Assembly: GCF_037042905.1 (NCBI RefSeq)
Contig: NC_087252.1
Location: 8,248,001 to 8,312,000 of the forward strand
DNA: 64,000 nt
Source of the DNA: Lytechinus pictus
Lineage: Eukaryota
Direction of reading: 5' to 3'
A program made the translations under genes and the position numbers. The notes beneath the pieces were generated by a model. That model was not told where the DNA came from. It did no database searches and was given only the letters and a program-made list of their open reading frames with translations. Within the stretch, counting starts at the first letter, position 1, and every line of letters starts with the position of its first letter. Shown piece after piece: positions 28,840 to 41,350 of the stretch.

Positions 28840-31120
28840 TCGTCATCTCTACATCTCATAGGGAAAATGAGATTACAAGATCTCGGATCTTGTCATGCCA
28901 ACATCCAGTAGATGAGATGATCATATGACAAGATCTTGGATCTCGTCATATCTACATCCTGTGGGAGAGTTGATCAGATGACAAGATCTTGGATCTCGTC
29001 ATGTCTACATCCCTTGGGAGAGATGATCAGATGACAAGATCTCAGAACTTGTCGTGTCTACATCCGGTAGAAGGGATGATTAACTGACAAGATCTTGGAT
29101 CTCGTCATGTCTACATCCTGTGGGAGAGTTGATCAGAAGACAAGATCTTGGATCTCGGCATGTCTACATCCCTTGGGAGAGATGATTAGATGACAAGATC
29201 TCAGAACTTTTCGTGTCTACATCCGGTAGAAGGGATGATTAACTGACAAGATCTTGGATCTCGTAATGTCTACATCCCTTGGGAGAGATGATCAGATGAC
29301 AAGATCTCAGAACTTTTCGTGTCTACATCCGGTAGAAGGGATGATTAACTGACAAGATCTTGGATCTCGTCATATCTACATCCTGTGGGAGAGTTGATCA
29401 GATGACAAGATCTTGGATCTCGTCATGTCTACATCCCTTGGGAGAGATGATCAGATGACAAGATCTCAGAACTTTTCGTGTCTACATCCGGTAGAAGGGA
29501 TGATTAACTGACAAGATCTTGGATCTCGTTATGTCTACATCACATGGGAGAGTTGATCAGAAGACAAGATCTTGGATCTCGTCATGTCTACATCCCTTGG
29601 GAGAGATGATCAGATGACAAGATCTCAGATCTTGTCGTGTCTACATCCGGTAGAAGGGATGATTAACTGACAAGATCTTGGATTTCGTCATGTCTACATC
29701 ATGTGGGATTGGTGATCAGATGACAAGATCTCAGATCTCGTCATGTCTACATCCTGTGTGATTGATGATTAGATGACAAGATCTCGGATCTCGTCATTTC
29801 TACATCCTGTGGGAGAGTTGATCAGAAGACAAGATCTTGGATCTCGGCATGTCTACATCCCTTGGGAGAGATGATTAGATGACAAGATCTCAGAACTTTT
29901 CGTGTCTACATCCGGTAGAAGGGATGATTAACTGACAAGATCTTGGATCTCGTAATGTCTACATCCCTTGGGAGAGATGATCAGATGACAAGATCTCAGA
30001 ACTTTTCGTGTCTACATCCGGTAGAAGGGATGATTAACTGACAAGATCTTGGATCTCGTCATATCTACATCCTGTGGGAGAGTTGATCAGATGACAAGAT
30101 CTTGGATCTCGTCATGTCTACATCCCTTGGGAGAGATGATCAGATGACAAGATCTCAGAACTTTTCGTGTCTACATCCGGTAGAAGGGATGATTAACTGA
30201 CAAGATCTTGGATCTCGTTATGTCTACATCACATGGGAGAGTTGATCAGAAGACAAGATCTTGGATCTCGTCATGTCTACATCCCTTGGGAGAGATGATC
30301 AGATGACAAGATCTCAGATCTTGTCGTGTCTACATCCCTTGGGAGAGATGATCAGATGACAAGATCTCAGAACTTTTCGTGTCTACATCCGGTAGAAGGG
30401 ATGATTAACTGACAAGATCTTGGATCTCGTCATATCTACATCCTGTGGGAGAGTTGATCAGATGACAAGATCTTGGATCTCGTCATGTCTACATCCCTTG
30501 GGAGAGATGATCAGATGACAAGATCTCAGAACTTTTCGTGTCTACATCCGGTAGAAGGGATGATTAACTGACAAGATCTTGGATCTCGTTATGTCTACAT
30601 CACATGGGAGAGTTGATCAGAAGACAAGATCTTGGATCTCGTCATGTCTACATCCCTTGGGAGAGATGATCAGATGACAAGATCTCAGATCTTGTCGTGT
30701 CTACATCCGGTAGAAGGGATGATTAACTGACAAGATCTTGGATCTCGTCATGTCTACATCCTGTGGGATTGGTGATCAGATGACAAGATCTCAGATCTCG
30801 TCATGTCTACATCCTGTGTGATTGATGATTAGATGACAAGATCTCGGATCTCGTCATTTCTACATCCTGTGGAAGAGATGATGAGATGACGTGATCTTAG
30901 ATCTTGTCGTGTCTACATCCGGTAGAAGGGATGATTAACTGACAAGATCTTGGATCTCGTCATGTCTACATCCTGTGGGATTGGTGATCAGATGACAAGA
31001 TCTCAGATCTCGTCATGTCTACATCCTGTGGGATTGATGATTAGATGACAAGATCTCGGATCTCGTCATTTCTACATCCTGTGGAAGAGATGATGAGATA
31101 ACGTGATCTTAGACCTCATC
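28840..31120. repeat. 53-bp tandem satellite (~42 copies) with higher-order structure
   Basis: Monomer tgacaagatcttggatctcgtcatgtctacatcctgtgggagagttgatcaga; consecutive starts at 28926 and 28979. Confidence 0.97.
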
Positions 31121-31348
31121 ATAGCTTCCATAGTTTATCAAGAAAAATCAGTCGAAAATAATACAGTTTTTTGCGAAACTCTGTTTTTCAAATGAAAGAC
31201 TAAGTTTATTAAAAAACTAAGTTTATCGCTCAAAAAATAAGTTTATCAGAAAAACCTTGTTTATCAAACGAAAAACCAAGTTAATGGAAAGAATGTTTTT
31301 CGGCGACAAACTGAGTTCGAGTGATAAACATTTTACTTGACTACTTAC

Positions 31349-31547
31349 ACGTTGCCTTGCCGAATAACCCCATCGTAATAATGAAGATTACCATGGCTTG
31401 ATAAGTTATGGATGTTGTGCACTTGAGAGGCCTGACACAGACGTTGTCAGGTTTAGAGTTCTGTATTTCTTGTATGAGCTTGCGACGCATGTTTGAATAA
31501 GAACGACTATCGGGGAGAATTTCTCCATTCCATGATGGTGCTGCCAT
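31349..31547 (-). CDS. Probable first coding exon of Ig-TM gene, ending in a signal peptide (MVIFIITMGLFGKAT-S)
   Basis: ATG-initiated ORF that ends at a perfect gtaagt donor in phase 1 and splices in frame to the V-set exon. Confidence 0.7.
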
Positions 31548-31595
31548 TGTGAGGTTTATATCAAATGAACATTTACCGTTGAGACCGTGCGTTGA

Positions 31596-32692
31596 GAATG
31601 TGATCCTTAAGCTTGAAAGATGACCATTATGGTATTATCATTTACGAGTGAAATGTTTCTTTCTTGTACTATCCAAACCGTCACACAAAGTTCAGGAAAT
31701 GAAGCCCGACAATGAGCTACATGCAAATATTGGAAACAAATAATGTCATGAATGTGGCAATGGCAACCGGGTGTCAATGGCGCGAAATAAAAAGCAATGC
31801 ATTCGCGATCACAGGCGTGTCACGTGTCACATCACGGAAAAACCTCGCACCATCAATACTATTGCTAGTCTTGTCTGAAAGCTAAAGTAGTTTTCCTCAT
31901 TTGACAATGCACACAATTTATCAAAATTATTCTGATGGATTTCCTACCGTATGGGCGGAAATCTCTCCTCAAACGCGGGGGGGGGGGGGGGGGACACAAT
32001 CAAGTTTTCAAATGTTCTTATACACACCCACCCACCCCCCCCCACACACACACACACAAATTAAAGAAAGCTCGACTCCCGAGATAGGTTTTGCATATTG
32101 ATTTTAAAAAATTGATATGTTAAATTCCATATTAGCCTATTGATCAAGATATGTAGGCATATCTCATAGATCAGGCGATGCGAGCACGAAGCGTGAGCGA
32201 AAATCTTATAGGACATAGAAGATGTTTCCCCTCTACTTATTTCATTCACTTGTCTTCCTCCACTTGTTTTACCTTTTCTAGGAATGTGATCCTTAAGCGT
32301 GAAAGATGACCATTATGGTATTATCATTTACGAGTGAAATGGTTTTTTCTTGTACCATCCAAACCGTGACACAAAGTTCAGGGAATGTAGCCCGACAATG
32401 AGCTACATGCAAATATTGGAAACAAATAATGTGATGAATGTGAAATGGCGCGAAATAAAAGCGATGAATTTTCGATCACAGGCGTGTCATATCACGGAAA
32501 ACCCCCCCGCACTATCATGACTATTGCTAGTCTTGTTTCAAAGCTAATGTATTTTTCTTCATTTCACAATGCACACAATTTATCAAAATCATTATCATGG
32601 ATTCCCTACATGTGCAGAGATCTCTCCTCAAAGGTGCGGGGGGGGGGGGGGGCACAATCAAGTTTTCAAATGTTTTTATACACACACACAAA
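31596..32692. repeat. Local ~420-bp diverged direct duplication (31596-32055 and 32282-32692) upstream of the first exon
   Basis: Both copies begin gaatgtgatccttaagc.tgaaagatgaccattatggtattatc and stay collinear. Confidence 0.9.
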
Positions 32693-34195
32693 TAGCTCCA
32701 TGATTATACTGTATATATAACAGTCAATTTTTAGCATTATTCTTATAAAACAATAGATTTATAAATAACTAGTGCGAGCGCGAGCTATTCTTTTTTAATT
32801 TGATGTATTTTGTCCTGAAAAGATAAAATTTCGAACAATGTTTGTGATCCTCAACAAGATGCGTATATAAGAAATGAAAACGTTGATATTCAGACCATAA
32901 AGACCAGACCATACAGATTTGTAAATCAAACAAAATAATGAAAACTCGATTTCCGAAAAATGTTTTGCATAACGATTTTAAAAAATGATATGTTAAGCTC
33001 CATATCAGCCTATTGAGCAAGATGGTTACACTTCGTAATTCTGAAGGTTTAGTAATTCCGAAACACGTAAATTGCCTATACCTCGATGTTAGTTAATCCG
33101 AAAACGAAAAAGGGTTCGTTAATCCGAACATTTGTGGCGTTATTGCGAAGGTTCGTAAATCCGAAAACAAAACAGGGTTCGTAATATTCCGAAGGTTCGA
33201 TAATCCGAAAAGGAAATAAGGTTTGTTTTTGCGAAGGTTCGTTAATCCGAAAAAATACGGTTCGTTGTTCCGAAGGTTTGTTAATCCGAAAACAAAATAA
33301 GGTTCGTTGTTCCGAAGGTTCGTTAATCTGAAAACGAAATAAGGTTCGTTGATCCGAAAGCAAAATAAGGTTCGCTGTTCGAAGCTTCGTTAATCCGGAA
33401 ACGAAATAAGGTTCGTTAATCCGAAAAATGAAAACCGGGAAAGCAGAGGCAGGGGGGGGGGAAAGAGAAATACTGTTGCTGTTCAAATGTTATGAGGATG
33501 AGAAGGCAATGGCGGCCGAACGAATTTTCGTCGGGGGGGGGGGGGCAAAGCCAAAAATGAAACTAATACGTCAAAATGGCCACTTTGGTGATATTTTCAC
33601 TTTGAGATTATCATCTGCGTGAAGTCATTGTGTATTTTATAGTAATTAAGTAGAGAAAAGCCTTTTTGAAGTGACTTCTGATTGTGGAAAGATGTACTGA
33701 TTTAGGCTTTATTCGCGAGAGAGTATAATGATCGAGCGGTTTGGAAAAAAAATTCAAAGCTGAAGTTGTAAAACTCGTTTTTTTTTTTTTTTTTTTTTTG
33801 GGGGGGGGTCAATTATTGTTAAAATGTCATTATTGCGAGGTATTGCGAGCGTGAATCTCAAGCCAAAACTTTAGGGCATTTCAAAAAAAAAAAAAAGCAG
33901 GTTTCTGAGCAGGTTTCTGTTGTCATTAAAAAGATGTGCATCTCACTAAAGAATTAACACGAGCGCAAAACGCGAGCTTAAATATACTGACCAGAAAAGG
34001 AACCTGTTAAGGACTGCATTTACTGACCTCTTTAGGATACATATTTCACCAATCGAATCATTGAGAGTGCGAAGTGCGAACTGAAAACTTGTAATATTCC
34101 AGCCTGAAAACCAATCTAAAATGTATACTTTAAAAAAAGTATTTCATTTTGAAAAAGGGAATTTTCCATTAAAAAAAAGGGCATTTTTCCTAAGA

Positions 34196-34227
<32 letters not shown>

Positions 34228-34374
34228 GGGGGGGGGGGGGGGGGGCAAGTGCCCCTCCCTCCCCCCCACCCCCCGGTTTCGATAATTAAACGATGCGAGC
34301 ACGATTTCTTTTTGCATTCCGACCTAAAATTGACATTCTGAGCCGTTTTTTGTAATCACGAACGGGATAAGTAT

Positions 34375-34976
34375 CGCATACATTCGTAATTCCGAAGCTT
34401 CGTTATTCCGAAGGTTCGGATATTCCGAAGGTTCGTTTATTCCGAAGGTTCGTATTTCCGAAGGTTCGTAATTCCGAAGATTCGTTAGTCTGAAAACGGA
34501 ATGAGGTTCGTAATTCCGAAGGTTCGTTAGTCCGAAAACAAAGTGAGGTTCGTAATTTCGAAGGTTCGTTAGTCCGAAAACAAAGTGAGGTTCGTAATTC
34601 CGAAGGTTCGTTAAATCCGAAAACGAAATGAGGTTCGTAATTCCGAAGGTTCTTTAGTCCGAAAACGAAATGATTAACAAACCTGATTTCGTTTTCGGAC
34701 TAACGAACCTTCGGAACAACGAACCTTATTTCGTTTTCGGATTAATGAACCTTCGGAACAACGAACCTTATCTCGTTTTCGGATTATCGAACCTTCGGAA
34801 CATCGAACCTTATTTCGTTTTCGGATTATCGAACCTTCGGAATAACGAACCTTCGGAATAACGCCACAAATGTTCGGATTAACGAACCCTTTTATGTTTT
34901 CGGATTAACGAACATCGAGGTACAGGCAATTTACGTGTTTCGGAATTACGAACCTTCGGAATTACGAAGTGTAACC
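34375..34976 (-). mobile_element. Second copy of the same family, inverted and nested
   Basis: 9-bp TSD gataagtat at 34366-34374 and 34977-34985. Confidence 0.85.
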
Positions 34977-35201
34977 GATAAGTATATAACTAAACAATTG
35001 ATTCGAGCGGAAAAAAGAGATTTCAGACCTGAGAAAGGGACACTCTATTGATGTCTTGTGAATCATGAAAAGGATGGGCAATTGGGTATACACATACACA
35101 CACATAGGCCTACTGTTCGGTGGATACGAAATTGAAATGCATTCCATTTTTAAATTTCACATGGATTATGATAAAAAAAGGAACATTAAATGTCAAACTT
35201 T

Positions 35202-36070
35202 TGTTACGATACTGCAACAAATGATTTGAAATTTGATGTCCCCTTTTTTATTACAGGAAATTATTAATAATTACAAAGTAACAAAACATAAATAAATATT
35301 GATCTTACATGTACATCTCTTGAGGTGACAGATGTGCAATATATCCGAGTAATAATCAAAGTTGTTTGGCGAAGATTCCGTAAATCGAAGTTCAAAATGA
35401 TGGCGATGATGAAACTGATGTTGGAGCACGATGAATAAGATAAGTCACTGTAACGAGTTGAAATGTCTGTGAAGACGAGGTTGATGATGATTATCAGTCA
35501 ATTTCAGCAATCCATGGGTTGAAAAGCGTTCATTAAAACAGGTTGATGATCTCGATGAGAACTGAGAATTCCTCTCTCAAAATAACTGCAAACGGTTCAT
35601 TGATGGCGTGTAAATAATTCCACAGAAGATAAATGTTCCAAGTGGAAATAAAGTCTGCTCTGACATAAAGTCTAGCGTGAAACTCTGAGTTCTGATCTGA
35701 TACGATGATCTGATGTGATGAAGTCCTTGCTTATATACAAATTATTCATTATTCTAGAAACTTCTAGTATTCACTATAAAAAGAACATTCTGCCCATTTC
35801 TAGAGCAGTCTACATTTAGAAGACTCTTGAATGACTTCAGTGAAATTAACATTTCAACAAAATAGCTAAGCCTATTGTTAATTTCCACTACCAATACAAG
35901 TCTATTATAAAGCAATCTCTATTCACAAATAACAAAGAGTACTCAAAGATTAGTGTCCAACAAAGCTGTACTGGAACATTCTTGATCATTCTATGCTATA
36001 AATATCCTTAAAGAGGAAATAACTAAATAAATGAATGTAATTGCTTGTACAATTCTTTTTATATGTAACA
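35202..36070 (-). mobile_element. Solo LTR of the same Gypsy family as the LTRs at 57-64 kb
   Basis: TGTTAC...GTAACA termini; the reverse complement is collinear with 56953-57930. Flanks cttt / ctgt may be a 4-bp TSD with one mismatch. Confidence 0.9.
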
Positions 36071-36798
36071 CTGTTATTATTTTTATCGTCATTAACTCTG
36101 TCAACACTAGGGGTAACGATCAATAAAATTTTATTAACATTTATATTCTTTATTACTATTTTTATTATGATCATCGTTTGGATTATTATGATCATCATTA
36201 GCATTATTTTATTACCAGCAGAAGCTCTTATTTAAAATGACATCCATCCAATCCTGATCCTATTATCTGTAGGTTACTCGCACGCGCATAACACAATTTA
36301 TCCTCTGAATCATTAAACCATTTGCTTAGGCAGCAATTGCTCAGATAACATCGGAATTAAGCGTATGCTTGACCCGGGTGCCTATTCTTAATGCAATGCA
36401 TACTTTGGCCACAGCACACATGTATCATCGTCGGTTATTACTATTATTGCATAATATAGTGTTATTTTGTAATGACAGCACCGTTTTTGTTACCAAAATG
36501 AATTAATTTCATTTTCGGAAATACGAACCTTATTTAATTTTCGGATTAACGAATCTTATTTCGTTTTCGGAATATCGAACCTTCGGAATTATGAACCTCA
36601 TTTCGTTTTCGGATTAACGAACCTTCGGAATTACGAACCTCATTTCGTTTTCGGATTGACAAACCTTCGGAATTGTGAACCTCATTTCGTTTTCGTACTA
36701 ACGAACCTTCGGAATTACGAACCTTAGGAATAACGAAGCTTCGGAATTACGAATGTATGCGGAGCAAGATATATAGGCATATCTCATAGAACAGGCAA

Positions 36799-39700
36799 TA
36801 GTATCCCGTAATTAGTAACCAACTGGAATAAAATTATTGGAAATGTTTTTTTGACTGATTTGAGTAGGTATGGGTGTCAACATTTACCAAAAAAAAGTTA
36901 GGAGGAATACGGGTTGGGGAAAGTGCTTTTTTTCAAGGTCAAAGGTCAATGACCTTTTTAAATATACTGTATCATGGTATCTCCCAGATAAAATATTACA
37001 GGTTGGTGATCCTGGTGTCAAAATGCACAGATTCTTACAAGAAGATCAAATAAAATAAAATCAAGTACCTACAATGCTCATTCACCCATGAAATTCAAGG
37101 TCAAAGCCTTTCAAAGTTCAATGACCTTTATTACATTATATACCATATACGGTATAATGGTATCTCTGAGATGAAAAGGTGCAGGTTGGTGATCTAGGTG
37201 TCAAAATACAGAGGTTCTTACAGGAAGATCAAATAAAATCAAATTAATCACCCAGAATGCACATTAAACAATAAAATTCAAGGTCAAAGCCTTTCAAAGG
37301 TCAATGACCTTTTTTACATTATGTATCATACTGTATAATAATATCTCTGAGATGAAACGGTACAGGTTGGTGATCATTGTATCAAAATTCCCAGATTCGT
37401 ACAGGAAGGTCAAATAAGATAAAGTTAATCACCTAGAATGCATGCTAATCCATAAAGTTCAAGGTCAAAGGTCAGTGACCTTTTTACATAGGCTATATAT
37501 CGTATAAAGGTATATCTCTGAGATGAAACGCGGCATGTTGGTGATATTGATGTCAAAAAGCAATTTTTGCAAGGAGATAAAAAAGACTCAAAAAAATCAT
37601 ACAGAATAATCCAATATCCAAAGTCAAAGGTCAAAAGTTGATAAATATTTATATATCCATGCATGATTCCCCCAAAAAAGAAATTAATCCATTATATTCA
37701 CATCTTATTTGTGAATGATAGAAAGAAAGATAACTATTTGTAATGAAAACTTGGAAGTCTAATAATTTCACTCCGAAATAAGGATAAAAAATGGCCATGG
37801 AAAATATATGTAGGAGTTAAAGGTCAATCAACTATGTCAATAACGTCAGGGAATAGGTCGATATAACGTGATTGTGGCATGTAGGTATAGTGATTCTGAT
37901 GGGAAAAAGACTGACCTGCGTGGAAAAAGAACTCAAATTTAATAGTTGAATCCTTGACCAATGATGATGTCAAAATACAAGTTCGAGGTAAAATTGGATC
38001 AAATAGCACTTTTTCTTATAATATAATGTAATGCATTGACAAAAGTGTAAAAAAAATCATGTGTGATGTAATTTGAAATGGTGACAATGGTGAAGTTACC
38101 TAAAGTAGCAGCATTTAGATATGCATTTTATAAATCTAAATCAAGGTACTAATTTCTCTGTAGCAATAGGTCACTAACCTCAAATGCTACAATCAATACT
38201 ATAACAATTAATCTGTAAATGGAAAGGATATATTGGCCTAACTCTTATGGCAAGCATCATCCGAGAACATTTTCATATAGCCAGGGACAATGACGAAGAA
38301 TTAAAATAAGGCAATCATTAGAGCTGCAGCTTTTGTCATAGATGAAGTTAAGTGTCTCAATTTCAACAAAGAGTAATTGAACTCTTGAAAACCTTCTGAC
38401 ATTTTAAATACTTTGATCTGGCCCATTCAATGAAAGCCTTACGTTCTGTCAAGGGATATCAGACCAGGATCTATATTATTACTGATAATTGCACAGCTTG
38501 ATTCTCAAGAACTGGAAGTGGTGCTGTAGGAGTTTTGTTAGGTCGATGGATGTGTACTTGTAAGCTATTATCTCCTTTTGAATTTCATTGTTATATGCCT
38601 AATTTGTGCATGATAACAATCAGTTGTTCTGGACCAAAAACATGATCCTTTGATCCTTGTACAAACTGATACCTAGTAGAAATAGCATCATGGGTGACGT
38701 ACGACAGAGAGCAGATATGAAGTTTTGTCTTGCAGCATTAGCATCACAAGAGATTCTGGCAGCTCGCAATGAACTGATGAAAGGCAATTAATAATAATAC
38801 GGGAATTTACCTTTGTTGAAGTTGATATATAATGTAATTTACTACATGTATGACAGAAGCTGCAGCTCTAATAATGGCCTTCATTTTATCATCATCATCA
38901 TCCCTCTGCTGTTTGGAAATGCTCTCAGATGATGCTAGCTGTGACATGAGATTTAGACCTGTCCCATCCATTTTCAGAAGATTAAGCTAATAGTTTATAG
39001 TATTTATTATAGCATTGGGGTGAGTGGCCTATTGCTGGAGAGAAAAGACACGACAACCTTGATTTAGATATAATGATGCATTAAATGCTGCTACTTTAGA
39101 TAAAAATCATTTCATATTATATACTTGATTTCATTTATTTTTTCAGTGCTTTTGGCAATGCATTGCAGTATATGAAAAAGTGTTATTTGGTTATCAACTT
39201 TGTTTACTTAATTTCCACTGATATTTTGGAAAGGGTTCATTGACCTCTGACCCCTAAATACATTCTCCATGGCCTTAATTATTTCAGACCGAAATTATGA
39301 AACCTCCGTGTTTTCATTACAAATTAGCCATGGTTATTTACATTATTCAGATATAAAATATGAACACAAAAGATATTGTTTTTGGTTATTTTTATGTCAT
39401 ATAGATTATGTATTTCCTCTGATCTAGGATTTCAAGGGTGAAAGATTATTCTTTATACTTATTTCAGTGTTGTTTAATCTTCTTGTACAAGTCTTTGGAT
39501 TTTGGCACCAAGATCACCAACCTGCGGTGTTTTATCTCAGAGACCATTATTATTATCTAATGTTAAAAAGGACATTGACCTTTGTCCTTGAATTTTATGG
39601 GTGAATGTGCATTCTCGATGCTTAATTTTATTTTATCTTCCTGTAAGAATATGCGTGTTTTGACATCAAGAACACCAACCTGCACCGTTTTATCTTAGAG

Positions 39701-40244
39701 ATACAATTATATAATATGGTATATATAGTATAAAAGGTCATTGACCTTTGGCCTTAAATTTTATGCGTGAATGTGCATTCTAGGTACTTAATTTTATTCT
39801 ATTTGATCTTCTGGTAAGAATCTGTGCATTTTGACACCATGATCACCAGCATGTACCTTATCATCTCAGAGATACCATTATACGGTATGGTATATAATGT
39901 AAAAAAGGTCATTGACCTTTTGAAAGACTTTGACCTTGAATTTTATAGGTAAATGTGCATTCTAGGTCATTAATTTTATTCTATTTGATATTCTGGTAAA
40001 AATTTGTGCATTTTGACACCATTATCACCAACCTGCGCCTTTCCATCTCAAAGATACCATTATACAGTATGTACGAAAAGGTCATTGACCTTTGACCTTG
40101 AAAAAAAGCACTTTCCCCAACCCGTATTCCTCCTAACTTTTTTTGGTAAATGTTGACACCCATACCTACTCAAATCAGTCAAAAAACCATTTCCAATAAT
40201 TTTATTCCAGATTGGCTCTTTTGGGGTCTAATTTAGGGATACTA
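36799..40244 (-). mobile_element. Academ-like fold-back DNA transposon derivative with central transposase relic
   Basis: TIR tagtatccc / gggatacta, 3-bp TSD caa, and very long inverted arms. The centre reads on the minus strand SPMMLFLLGISLY..HVFGPEQLIVIMHKLG and NNIDPGLISLDRT*GFH*MGQI. Confidence 0.7.
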
Positions 40245-40369
40245 CAATGCGAGCACGAAGCGTGAGCGAAAGTTTTATTGGACATGAAAGATGTTTTCCC
40301 CTCACCATATTTTATTCACTTGACTTCCTCCACTTGTTTTTCCTCTTGTATTTTCCTTCTCTCTTTCCC

Positions 40370-40452
<83 letters not shown>

Positions 40453-40455
40453 CCC
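40370..40455. repeat. (TTTC)n microsatellite
   Basis: Directly visible in the sequence. Confidence 0.95.
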
Positions 40456-40816
40456 TTTCTTCTTTTGTTGTTGTTGCTCCTTTCAAGGGGGGGGGGGGGG
40501 GGGGGAGTCGCGTCCCCCGGGATTTCCGTCCATGATTCCATATAGGGCCTGTATATGCTATTGGGGATATGTGATACCATACATGCAATCTGACTTATGG
40601 ATTTTCAAGCATTGATGTTGTATTTGTTTTTATTAGACTATGACCACTTTAGATATGCATTCAGAAATACATGATTTGATCAACCGTCTGGAGAGATTTA
40701 CTCTGACCGAGATACGGGCCGAGATACCTCTGAAAACCAGTATAGGAGTAGGCCTATTTTTGTCGGAGGAAGGTCGGGGTAATTATGTCTAGACGGGCCT
40801 ACTCCGACCTCTCCAC

Positions 40817-41350
40817 CCCGGGGGGGGGGGGCACTCAGTATATAATGCATAGTGGGTATGTGCCGCGGAGGGGACCCCCATTTTTACACTCAAATTTCCG
40901 TTCCAAGGCATATCATTTTTTGTCTTATTGAGAAAAAGAACAAAAAAAGCCGCTCCAAAGCATAGCATTTTTTTCTTATCGAGAAAAAGAAGAAATAAAT
41001 CCGCTCCAAGGCTTCGCATATTTTCCGTTACGCCGTTCCGGTCGCATTGTTCTGCTACAATGAGCCGCAATTTTGGTGAAAAGCGGCGCAGAGCGCTGTC
41101 CGACCATCGCCTCTGCGCTAGCGCACCCGGCGCCCGTGCCGCTTGGCTAGCTGCAAAGCAGCTGCATGCACGTTCCATAGGGGTGCATACGCACTCACAC
41201 GCAGGGACCCGTTTTCACAAACATTTGTAGTTCCGAAGCCCGTTCCGAGGACCCTCCTTTTTACAATAAGCCCGCTCCAAGGCCCCCGTTTTTTGTCTCG
41301 CCCGCGGCACATACCCACTACTTTTTTGGTCGAGTGCCCCCCCCCCCGGG
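40817..41350 (-). mobile_element. GC-rich CCCGGG-ended MITE, copy 2
   Basis: TIRs present; TSD tctccac(c); inverted homologue of 17154-17663. Confidence 0.9.

Larger units (their letters stand above)
33024..36761 (+). mobile_element. Mutator-like non-autonomous element (gaaggttcg/cgaaccttc repeats), split by nested insertions
   Basis: Ends ggttacacttcgtaatt / aattacgaatgtatgcg; 9-bp TSD gagcaagat on both sides. Confidence 0.75.

Noticed and set aside
28840..31120. CRISPR-like array (palindromic repeat plus variable part)
   Set aside because: The variable parts are a few recurring, mutually similar variants rather than unique spacers. There are no cas genes and the context is a eukaryotic intron.
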